64,000 nucleotides of DNA. It comes from an uncultured bacterium (lineage in GTDB: Bacteria; Chlamydiota; Chlamydiia; Chlamydiales; SM23-39). A program made the translations under genes and the position numbers. Shown one piece after another: positions 1 to 8,446 of this stretch. Below the pieces are notes generated by a model. The model did no database searches. It was not told the origin of the DNA and saw only the letters and a list, made by a program, of their open reading frames with translations. The stretch spans positions 497,942-561,941 of the forward strand of contig OY970323.1 in the NCBI GenBank assembly GCA_963716985.1. The letters are read 5' to 3'. How positions within the stretch are numbered: position 1 is the stretch's first letter; every line of letters begins with the position of its first letter.

Positions 1-1405
1 GCGCCCTATAAAACCCCCCATACGAGCCAGAGAACGCCAGAAATCTTTCACCGTTTTCAATTTCACCATCAGATGCCTTTCTATGAGCGTAATCCAAGGC
101 TTGGGCACTTTTTCCTCGACCGGTGTTTCCGGAGACAACCGACATCGTTCTCTCATCGCTAAAAGTTGCGTTGCTATCACCCCAATCATTCCAAATAGTG
201 CAAGAATTCGGCTCGCCTGTTTAAGCTGATTATCTTCGATTCGAAAGCCCGTTTTGACCGCCTTATGATAATCCTCTATAAGCCAGCGTCGGCGGTAGAT
301 TCTGACGATTCTTAGGGAGTCTTCTTGATTGTTGACAGGAAGATTCGTAACCAATAGCCATTCTAACCTGGGCCTATCGGGACACCACACTCGAATATAC
401 GTCACTTCTTCACCTGCTGAACCCCCATTTCCTGGAGGAAACAATTTCGCTTTGACCCAAGTTATTTCCAGTGTCACTTCACCACCAAATTCTTCGCCTT
501 TTGCTTTCACATACAGCGTGGATGTACACTTGGCTGTCTGTTGACGAATCCATGAAAAAAGACGTGTCTTCTCGCCATCAATCTCGACTTTGCGATCATG
601 TCGCGCCCGCACTACACATTTCCACCCCAGCCTATTTGCATTATTCAAAAAATCATAAATATCATTGGCGCGATCGCCAACGCTCACCCAGTTCTCCTGG
701 GGACGTCCCATTTTCTCTAACGTCCTCAGCCACACCTCAGATTCTTTCGAATCACTCGCCGATTTTTCTTCGGGACGCACCCAAGCCTCCTGGTAACCAA
801 GTCCCAAAATTTCGGTTTCTTCAGATTCATGATATTTGGCGACCAGGCATGAGTGAAACATGAGTCCATTTCCGTTACTGTCCGCGGTTGGTCCAAGTCC
901 ATGTGTCCATGGATGGGAATTGAACAAAAGCTCTGAACCATCTTGAATAAATAGAACAAGCTGTTCCGACCAGCGCGCCTTTTCTAAGACTTGATCGTAA
1001 TGGGGTTGTTGAAGCGCCTGATGTGTAATTTTAGGATTATCCTAAAAACGGCAGTTGAACCGCTCCGCACAACCAAAAATTTTGTGAATCTCCTCTAAAA
1101 ATCAGTGTTATTGCTCAAATTTATCCGGTCACCCATTGGGTGATCGTGAAAGTTCAAGATAGAATTTATTTCTGAGAGAGAAATTTACAATTTTCAGGTC
1201 ATGCGGAGCGGTTCAACTGCCGTTTTTAGGATTATTAAAAAAGCGGTAAGTTCCCTGGAGATCTGCCCATTTATCAAAGCGTCCTGCCAGGGACTCTTCA
1301 GGATGTTCTGCGCAACCTATAGCAACGTCAACGGCCCTCTTTTGCAGGGCGGGCATCTCCTACATCGATAGTAGAAAATTGTTCATAAATCCATTGTTCT
1401 TTCAT
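1..1405 (-). pseudogene. IS4/Tn5-like transposase, disrupted by a frameshift near 1345-1355 and a 190-bp MITE at 1041-1230
   Basis: The N-terminus MKEQWIYEQFSTIDVGDA starts at 1405, then shifts frame to ...LQKRAVDVAIGCAEHPEESLAGRFDKWADLQGTYRFFNN. The frame resumes after the MITE as PKITHQALQQPHYDQVLEKARWSEQLVLFIQDGSE... Confidence 0.75.
1041..1230. mobile_element. MITE-A: 190-bp non-autonomous element with 29-bp perfect terminal inverted repeats
   Basis: CCTAAAAACGGCAGTTGAACCGCTCCGCA at 1041-1069 is the exact reverse complement of 1202-1230. It is flanked by a 5-bp direct repeat ATTAT (1036-1040 and 1231-1235) and has no ORF. Confidence 0.8.
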
Positions 1406-1470
1406 GATACCGCTCCTTTTAAAAAAGGAACAGTATACTAAATTTTAGACTTGTGTGTAAGGATCAGGGC

Positions 1471-1581
1471 AAAGTCAGGGCTTTTTTCCAAGAGGGATTG
1501 GAAAATAGTACAGATTTTTGTTTAGGAACTAAATAGTAAGGGGGTTGGAGCACTCTCTATCAAGTTTTTTCTTGAGTCGAG
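1471..1581 (-). repeat. Degenerate, internally deleted remnant of the transposase-proximal end of an IS701-like element
   Basis: aaagtcagggcttttttccaagagggattgg...gcactctctatcaag...gagtcgag parallels the intact copies (e.g. 6646-6856), including the terminal GTCGAG. Confidence 0.6.
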
Positions 1582-1684
1582 ATCATAAAGAATTTTATAC
1601 GCACTTATGACCAAAAAAAACGCTAGTTTTGCAATTCCCTCTTATGATATGATTTTTCAATGAAGATTCACTTCAAGGTTCTCT

Positions 1685-2560
1685 ATGGTGGAAAAAAGAG
1701 CTGGTAAAATTAATGAGGATAGTTTTTTTTTGCGAAATTTGCCACTTTTGAACTTCACAATGAAACTTTTTCCTGACGAGGACCTTAGTTCAGTATATGT
1801 GATTTGTGCTCAGCATCTTGTGTCAACCACATATTCCCTTTTTCATGCATTATTAAAATTAGGTCTTAAAGCAGAGAATTTATCAGCGATTGGAAAATGT
1901 TATTCAACAGATCCTATGGCTTACGAAGAAATGAAAAAGTTAGGCATAGATGTCTGCGCTTCTAGTTTGTCGTTTAAAAGTCATCGATCTTTTGATGAAC
2001 AATATCGAGAGAATGTTAAAGAATTCATTAAAAAAAGAAAAAAAAAGCTGATAAACGATAATTTTGAAAAGATAATTGTTCTTGATGACGGCGGAGAGTT
2101 GATTTCCGAAATTAGGCCTTTCATAAAAAAGAAACAGAACGTAATTGGAATTGAGCAAACTAGTTCAGGATTTCATAGATTACAATTAAAAAAAATTGAT
2201 TTTCCAATAATAAACGTTGCTCGTTGTCCTGCAAAACTAAACTATGAATCTCCTATAATAGCTAGGATTGTTGCTAACACATTGGTTGACTATATTGAGA
2301 GTCTTCCAATTCAACCAAAAGAAGTGCTCATCATTGGAAATGGACCAATTGGATCTCATATCGACAAAGTCCTTAGGGATACTTATAATGTCTCTACTTT
2401 TGATAAAAATGTTTCAAGAAGTTCTATCAGAAAAAAAGATTTTGAAAAATCGTTAAAAAATTTTGATTTAATTATTGGATGTACAGGGAAGGGCACGCTA
2501 ACGCCAAAACATTATCAAATGCTTAAAAAAAATGTTGTTTTGGTGAGCGCTTCTAGTTCT
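1685..2560 (+). pseudogene. AdoHcy-hydrolase-like NAD-binding enzyme, 5' part (split by IS701-like copy 1)
   Basis: GIEQTSSGFHRL, FPIINVARCPAKLNYES and the Rossmann motif LIIGNGPIGSH resemble the SAHH motifs EETTTGVHRL and PAINVNDSVTK. The ORF then reads into the IS end (tail LDFATFSGLVQAA). Confidence 0.55.
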
Positions 2561-2589
2561 CTCGACTTTGCAACTTTTAGCGGCTTAGT

Positions 2590-2932
2590 TCAGGCCGCCT
2601 GAAGCACTCGTCTTACTATATCATCCATCCAATCCACCATTTCTGGAGTAATATTTTCCACGGAAGGGGTGATTTTAGCCTTCCCGGAAATTAAATTATC
2701 CCTCCATATTACCATGCGCACGGCCCTCAACATATCGGAAAATGTGACGTGCTCTTTTTGGTGCCAAGCAGTTGCCTCTACCTTAAGCAAATTTACCTGT
2801 CCCAATCGATTTGCCATTAGGCATACGCAACTATATAACCCCATCAGTATGGGGGTCGATCGGGCTATTGCTCGATCCGACCATTGCCGCTGGGTCTCTA
2901 CGCCAAGATGTTCACGTGTTTCCTCGAATGTG
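2590..2932 (-). pseudogene. IS701-like transposase, C-terminal fragment
   Basis: The translation ...LMGLYSCVCLMANRLGQVNLLKVEATAWHQKEHVTFSDML...RRVLQAA is near-identical to the C-terminus of the intact 454-aa copies. Confidence 0.9.
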
Positions 2933-3008
2933 GTAAGCGTCTAATCTAGCCATCTTTTTTGTTTTCCTTCGTCATGGCACTCTGGTTTTTCTTAACCAAA
3001 GGAGTGTT

Positions 3009-3323
3009 ATGCCAAGACCGTTCCCAGAAGAAAAAAGACGCATCTGGCAAGAAAAAGTGCAAACGCAACGAATTAGCGGATTAAGCATGGCGCGTTGGTG
3101 TCGTGAGCAGCAGGTAAATTACAATTCTTTCCTGTATTGGGATAAGCGCTTCCCTGAAAAATCTCAGATAACACGCGACTCTTTTCAAGAGCTCTATGAA
3201 GAAACTAAGACGGACCCAGGCGTTGCTATCGAATGTCAGGGAATGAAAGTTGTTCTATTAAAATCATTCGACCCAGTCGTTTTGGCTCAATGTCTACAAG
3301 TTCTCAAGGCACTGCCATGCTAA
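3009..3323 (+). CDS. tnpA: IS66 accessory protein TnpA (orf1, HTH)
   Basis: 104 aa, containing RISGLSMARWCREQQVNYNSFLYWDKRF. Its stop overlaps the tnpB start (ATGCTAA). Confidence 0.8.
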   Translation: MPRPFPEEKRRIWQEKVQTQRISGLSMARWCREQQVNYNSFLYWDKRFPEKSQITRDSFQELYEETKTDPGVAIECQGMKVVLLKSFDPVVLAQCLQVLKALPC

Positions 3324-3646
3324 GTCTGCCTGCAAACGCCCGCCTGTTTTTGTGTCGCGCGCCTGTCAGTATGCGCAAGAGCTTTGAAGGTCTGAGCATT
3401 CTCGTCGAACAATTGTTCCCCGGAGAGCTCTTGTCCGGAGCTCTTTTTATTTTTCTAAGCCGACGCAAGGATCATATGAAGGTTCTCTACTGGGATGGTG
3501 ATGGGTTTGTCATTTTTTATAAGCGCTTGGAAAAAGGTTCTTTTATTCCTCGGGAAGGAATGACATCAACGCTGCCAAGACGTGAATTTTTGATGCTTTT
3601 GGAAGGGGTCGTTCCCAAACGATTACAACCTCGGTTTTCTCTATGA
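3317..3646 (+). CDS. tnpB: IS66 TnpB (orf2)
   Basis: MLSLPANARLFLCRAPVSMRKSFEGLSILV...LFIFLSRRKDHMKVLYWDGDGFVIFYKRLEKGSF is the typical IS66 orf2 pattern. I chose the ATG at 3317 rather than the track start at 3233. Confidence 0.8.
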   Translation: MLSLPANARLFLCRAPVSMRKSFEGLSILVEQLFPGELLSGALFIFLSRRKDHMKVLYWDGDGFVIFYKRLEKGSFIPREGMTSTLPRREFLMLLEGVVPKRLQPRFSL

Positions 3647-3712
3647 AAATAATTCGACTTTTCGTGCATTTTTCTCTTCTTTTTTTAAAGGGTTTTTGCT
3701 ATCATTTTCTCT

Positions 3713-5251
3713 ATGAAAACAACACAAATTCTAGATCCTGCACAACTTCAAAACCAGATCGAAATTCTGCGAGTTGAAAATCTCGATTTACACAATACAG
3801 TGGCTTATCTCACACAACAACTCGACTGGTTCAAGCGCCAAATCTTCGGTAAAAAATCAGAGCGCATTATCTCAGATCTCAATGGAGAACAGCTACTGCT
3901 TGAAGGTCTCGATGCAAAAGATCTGCAGAGCAAAGAAGAAACTCAAACAGTCCCTGCTCATCAACGTCGTAAACCTAAGCGCAATGGCCAAGATGCGATC
4001 ACTTTGGATCCCAACCTTCCCGTTAAAACCATTGTTCTCGATGTTCCCGAAGAGCAAAAAGTCTGTCAGGAAACAGGAACTCCTCTCGTCAAGATCGGTG
4101 AAGAGGTTACTCACAAATTAGCTCACGAGCCGGGGAGCTATTATATCAAAGAAACCATCCGTCCCAAATATGCCCACCCTCAAAAACCTGAAGACGGCGT
4201 TCTGACAGCCTTGTTACCCGACAGCATACTCTCTAAATGCCAAGCTGATGACAGTCTTCTCGCAGAAATTGTTACCCAAAAATTCGTTGATCATCTCCCT
4301 CTGTATCGCATCACCGAAATACTGGGTCGTCAAGGGGTTGGCATCAGCCGTAAGCTTCTCTCCCAATGGGTGATTCGCTGCGGTATGGCTCTCAAACCCC
4401 TCTATGAAGTCATGGTTTGCCAGATTCTTGAGAGCGAAAATGTTTTCATCGATGAAAGCCCAGTCAAATTACAAGCAAAAGACCAGTGCGATACAGCCTA
4501 TATGTGGGTGATTGTCGGAGGAATCTCTTCAAATCCTGCCTACAGGGTCTATGATTTTCGAACGAACCGCCGTCATGAGAACGTCCTCGATATTCTTCAG
4601 GGATATCGCGGGTTTTTGCACTCAGATAAATATGGCGCCTACCAACGGTTGGCCGAGAAGAAGGTGATCACATGGTGTCCTTGTTGGAGCCATATTCGAA
4701 GAAAATTCTTCGATGCTGAATCGGGAGATTTACCATTTCGCGATTGGGTTCTTCGAAAAATCCGATATCTCTTCATGTTGGAGAAAGTCGCCTGGGCCCG
4801 GACACCTGAAGAGCGCCTGCAGATCCGCCAAGAAAAAGAAATTCCAATTATCGATGAGTTGATCGAGAAGATCAAAACACGACTTATGGACGGGAAGCTC
4901 TTGCCCAAATCAAAATTTCGCGAGGCGCTTGGGTATTTTTGCGGCCTGATTCCCTATTTAAAAAATTACACCAAGCACGCTTTTGCTCGTCTTGATAATA
5001 ATGTAGCCGAAAGGGCCGTTCGTCCTCTCGCTATTGGCCGAAAAAACTGGCTCTTTTTCGGGAGTGAAGATGGCGGCGAAGCCGCTGCAATTTTACTCTC
5101 ATTAGTACAAACTTGCCGAGGGTTGCAGATAAATCCAAGAGAATATCTAGAAGATGTGTTCCGGAGACTGATGGGGCACGCCGCTCAGAAGCTCGAGGAA
5201 CTCTTGCCTGATCGGTGGTTTGCCGCTCGTCAACAGTCGAAAAAGCAATAG
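3713..5251 (+). CDS. tnpC: IS66 family DDE transposase TnpC
   Basis: 512 aa with an N-terminal leucine-zipper-like region, ...FIDESPVKL..., HSDKYGAY..., CWSHIRRKF... and NNVAERAVRPLAIGRKNWLF. Confidence 0.9.
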   Translation: MKTTQILDPAQLQNQIEILRVENLDLHNTVAYLTQQLDWFKRQIFGKKSERIISDLNGEQLLLEGLDAKDLQSKEETQTVPAHQRRKPKRNGQDAITLDPNLPVKTIVLDVPEEQKVCQETGTPLVKIGEEVTHKLAHEPGSYYIKETIRPKYAHPQKPEDGVLTALLPDSILSKCQADDSLLAEIVTQKFVDHLPLYRITEILGRQGVGISRKLLSQWVIRCGMALKPLYEVMVCQILESENVFIDESPVKLQAKDQCDTAYMWVIVGGISSNPAYRVYDFRTNRRHENVLDILQGYRGFLHSDKYGAYQRLAEKKVITWCPCWSHIRRKFFDAESGDLPFRDWVLRKIRYLFMLEKVAWARTPEERLQIRQEKEIPIIDELIEKIKTRLMDGKLLPKSKFREALGYFCGLIPYLKNYTKHAFARLDNNVAERAVRPLAIGRKNWLFFGSEDGGEAAAILLSLVQTCRGLQINPREYLEDVFRRLMGHAAQKLEELLPDRWFAARQQSKKQ

Positions 5252-5313
5252 CTGATCTTCAATGATCAGCTATTGGCTCTATTCATCTTTTCGATCCTGG
5301 CTTTTCACAACTA

Positions 5314-5658
5314 CTAACATTGGGTTTTTCGCAGTGCTGATAAGCAATTTTTCAAGATGGCAAGATCGAAGCATTCATCGAGATGAATGCGAACGCCCCG
5401 ATATTCGATGGAGACTCCGGGTGTCGTAGGTGCATTAGGTTTCTTGCAAGACGATCGGCGTATCGAAGTTTTTGAGGAAAGGCAATCTTTCCAATAAACA
5501 AATGTACTATGAGCAATTTGATGTTTTCGACACCAGCTTGTAGCATTAAGACCGCTGTTTCTTTGTTGGCGAATGTTTTCTGTCCATTCGGCTAGTTTTT
5601 CTGATGAAATAGGTTCGAACATAGAGACTCCTTGGTTTAAAAAGACAAAGAGTGCCAT
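5314..5658 (-). CDS. Second, inward-facing TnpA-like paralog at the right end of the IS66 element (likely start MFEPISS at 5622)
   Basis: SEKLAEWTENIRQQRNSGLNATSWCRKHQIAHSTFVYWK and the tail ...PGVSIEYRGVRIHLDECFDLAILKNCLSALRKTQC align with TnpA. Confidence 0.65.
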   Translation of the reverse strand: MALFVFLNQGVSMFEPISSEKLAEWTENIRQQRNSGLNATSWCRKHQIAHSTFVYWKDCLSSKTSIRRSSCKKPNAPTTPGVSIEYRGVRIHLDECFDLAILKNCLSALRKTQC

Positions 5659-5699
5659 GACTCAGAAATAGGAAAAAGATGGGTAGATTAGACGGTTAC

Positions 5700-6728
5700 G
5701 AATGTGACCTCAAGTCCCCAGCGATCGATAAATAATTCTATCATACGTTCTGCCGTCATGAGTGGATCTGTGCTCATAAGAGGTAGAGGATCAAGTTTTC
5801 CTGTAGGATCCACCACCAAAGTCCATCGGATGGGAATAGGAGTCACTCCATCGGCTCCCCACATACATGTGTTAGACAGCACGCGAGCTACCCGTTTCTC
5901 TCCGCCGTAACCGACTACTTCCATTTCTTTCCAGGGCAATCCCTTCAGAGATAGCATCTGTTTAAAATTTTGCAATTTGACGCCCTTCTGTGCTGTACGT
6001 CCCCTTTGACCGGGACGTTTTTTGGCCGGGAAATCGAACAGGGCTGCATTCATTTTCAGTCGCGAAACAAGAGTCACCCCAGAACAGATACAGTTCAGAG
6101 CCAACTGTCCCGCAGCATATCCTCCATCGCCAACAAGAATTAGTGATCGCGCCTTACCTACCCATCGACGCACCTGTAAGACCATCTGACTCGCCCATTT
6201 TAATGAGGTTTTGTGCCGACGTTTCTTCGCTTCATCACATTTTTTAGAAGGCTCCAGTGCACTCAAAAAAGGCAATGCAAGTGCTCTCGACATAAACGGC
6301 AATTTCACAGAGAGCGCCATAACCTGCCACTTCAAACCCATGGCTTTGACCACTCGAGACTGTGACGATCGAACCGCATCTCGATAATAGCCCTTTGCTT
6401 TTATCTTCTTGCCACGCCTGCGCTCCAATGTCTCGTCAATGAGCAGAACCAAAGGATGCTGATCGGAGACAAAGATAAGCAACATAAAGAATAGGATTTT
6501 CGCTGCCTTGAGTGACGACCATTCCGCCCGGTTTAAAAGGTGATGGTACTTTGAAAAACCCGCCTGATGCTCAAGACCCATTGCGCGCAGAGCCGCGCAC
6601 ACGGTTCTCTTGCCAGTGCATAAAAGCGTGCCAAGTAATAAGGTCAGAGCTTTTTTCCAAGAAGGATTTGAAAAAAGTACTGAAAAAGGGGTGAGTACTG
6701 CTAAAATGTTTGACGATAGAGAGTCCAT
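5700..6728 (-). pseudogene. IS701-like transposase, N-terminal 3/4 fragment
   Basis: MDSLSSNILAVL...FIDRWGLEVTF then breaks exactly where the IS66 copy is inserted. Confidence 0.9.
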
Positions 6729-6861
6729 GAGAGCCTGCCATTTTGTTTTACTGAACCAAATAGTATGCGCGAAGCGGCACTCTCTATCAACTTTTTATTT
6801 TACAGATTGAAGCAAATGACTTTGGGCTATCAGATCAAAAAATGTACAAAGTCGAGGTTCT

Positions 6862-7185
6862 GACAGAGAATTTAATGCAGTACGCTTAAGGAAAAAGATT
6901 CCATTAATTTTTAATTGCCACGAGAACCTAAATATTGAAGGTATTCGTTTGATGAATTGCGGATTTCCGATTAACTTTTCTTCTCAGTATAGAGCTATTG
7001 ATAGCGATGATTTACAACTTACCCGATCTTTACTTTTGTCTGCCATTCTTCAAGCCAATAATCATACAGACATCAAAAAGGGTTTTGTTCCATTAGACAT
7101 AGAAAATCAAAGAGATATTATTCAGAAGTACTGTTCGCTTTTTGCGCAAAATGGACTTCTGAAAAAGGAAAAATTAGCTGTTTAA
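6862..7185 (+). pseudogene. AdoHcy-hydrolase-like enzyme, 3' part
   Basis: This part is in frame with 1685-2560 once the IS and the GTTCT repeat are removed: ...VSASSS|DREFNAVRLRKKIPLIFNCHENLNIEGIRLMNCGFPINF... Confidence 0.55.
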
Positions 7186-7197
7186 AAAGGATGGGGT

Positions 7198-7878
7198 ATG
7201 ACAACAAAGTATTATAAATTATCCCCTAAACAAATTTTCGAAGACATCATTCAATCTAATGAAATCCAAAAAGTTACGATCAGGGGGAAAGAATTTTTCG
7301 TATTTCCTCATGTTTACCCATCCGATAGGTTTAGGACTACAAATTTTGTTTTGGATAGCCTTCAGCCGTTATTTAAAGATTTTACTGTTTGCGATATGGG
7401 ATGCGGTCTAGGAATTGTGGGTCTATTTGCTTTGCAACAAGGAGCAAAAAGTGTAGTGCAAGTAGATATAAATTCTCGAGCCATAGAAAATGCCAAAGCA
7501 AATAAGAATCTATATCGTTATTCCGATGAAAAGTTGAAAATTTATGAGAGCGATTGCTTTGATTATGTTCCGAAACAGATTTTTGACATTATCATTTTTA
7601 ATATTCCTTTTCATAGTGAACCCTATGAAATTGAAGATCCACTAGAATATGCCTTTCACGATCCAGTTTTCTCTTCAACAAAGAAATTCTTCCGGCAAGT
7701 TGTAAATTTTTGTCATTCTGACACTCGTATATTCATTGCTTTTTCCAGTAAAGGCAATGTTTGTGAATTGGAGAAGATTTTTGACAATTCTGGATTGAAA
7801 TGGAAGCTTTGGAAATCAATCAACAATGATCAAGAATTTGACAATCGAATTTATGAATTAAAAAGAAAAAACAGATAA
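7198..7878 (+). CDS. Class I SAM-dependent methyltransferase (small-domain RsmC/PrmC-like)
   Basis: It has the SAM motif VCDMGCGLGIVGLFALQQGAKSVVQVDIN and an NPPF/Y-like motif, IIFNIPFH. Confidence 0.75.
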   Translation: MTTKYYKLSPKQIFEDIIQSNEIQKVTIRGKEFFVFPHVYPSDRFRTTNFVLDSLQPLFKDFTVCDMGCGLGIVGLFALQQGAKSVVQVDINSRAIENAKANKNLYRYSDEKLKIYESDCFDYVPKQIFDIIIFNIPFHSEPYEIEDPLEYAFHDPVFSSTKKFFRQVVNFCHSDTRIFIAFSSKGNVCELEKIFDNSGLKWKLWKSINNDQEFDNRIYELKRKNR

Positions 7879-7898
7879 CTATTTGTTGAGAATTTAAC

Positions 7899-8411
7899 AT
7901 GAACGTTTCTAGAATTGTCGATATTGAAGAGTTAATTAAATTATATAATCTAGAGGCGCATCCAGAAGGGGGATTCGCACAGCTTTTATATCAAGATCCG
8001 AAAATTATAGAAGAACAATGCCTGCATGAAGGAATGAAGGGATCTAGACCAATTTGGAATGCAATTTATTATTTGCTTCCTCGGGGTAGCAGATGTGTTT
8101 TTCATAGGATCAAAATGAGTGAACTATGGAATATCTATTTGGGGGGGCCATTAGAATTGTTTGACATTTCTCCTTCGGGAGAATTAAAAAAAACCATTCT
8201 TGGGCATGACGTAGCTATCGGACATAAGTTGGCATATGTGTTTGCTAAAAATCACTGGATCGGAGCGAAGCCGATAAGAGGGTTTGAATACTCTTTTGTA
8301 AGCTGCGTAACATGTCCTGGATTTACTTTTGAGGATTGGGAAAAAGGAAATCGTATTGAGCTCTTAAAAATGTATCCAAGTTTGAGTGAATTGATTATTT
8401 CATTAACCTAA
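7899..8411 (+). CDS. Cupin-fold protein (DUF985-like)
   Basis: The N-terminus LYNLEAHPEGGFAQLLYQD and the ~170-aa size are typical of this family. Confidence 0.6.
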   Translation: MNVSRIVDIEELIKLYNLEAHPEGGFAQLLYQDPKIIEEQCLHEGMKGSRPIWNAIYYLLPRGSRCVFHRIKMSELWNIYLGGPLELFDISPSGELKKTILGHDVAIGHKLAYVFAKNHWIGAKPIRGFEYSFVSCVTCPGFTFEDWEKGNRIELLKMYPSLSELIISLT

Positions 8412-8446
8412 ATATGATTTGCAAATGAACAAAACTTGCAAAAGGA

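Larger units (their letters stand above)
1..1467 (-). mobile_element. IS4-family (IS50/Tn5-like) insertion sequence, decayed; its 3' part runs off the window start
   Basis: The minus-strand frame is open from pos 1 to ~1041 and reads ...FIQDGSELLF...VGDRANDIYDF...YRRRWLIEDYHKAVKTGF (DDE/YREK-type signature). The revcomp of 1449-1467, CTGATCCTTACACACAAGT, resembles the Tn5 outside end. Confidence 0.75.
2933..5699 (+). mobile_element. IS66-family element, copy a (2767 bp)
   Basis: The ends are GTAAGCGTCTAATCTAGCCATC... and ...GATGGGTAGATTAGACGGTTAC. The target repeat (C)GAATGTG lies at 2925-2932 and 5699/5700-5706. The internal gene set is tnpA-tnpB-tnpC. Confidence 0.9.
2561..6856 (-). mobile_element. 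IS701/IS4-like element copy 1, itself split by IS66 copy a
   Basis: The termini CTCGACTTTG... and ...CAAAGTCGAG match the intact 1522-bp copies. It is flanked by GTTCT (2556-2560 and 6857-6861). Confidence 0.85.
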
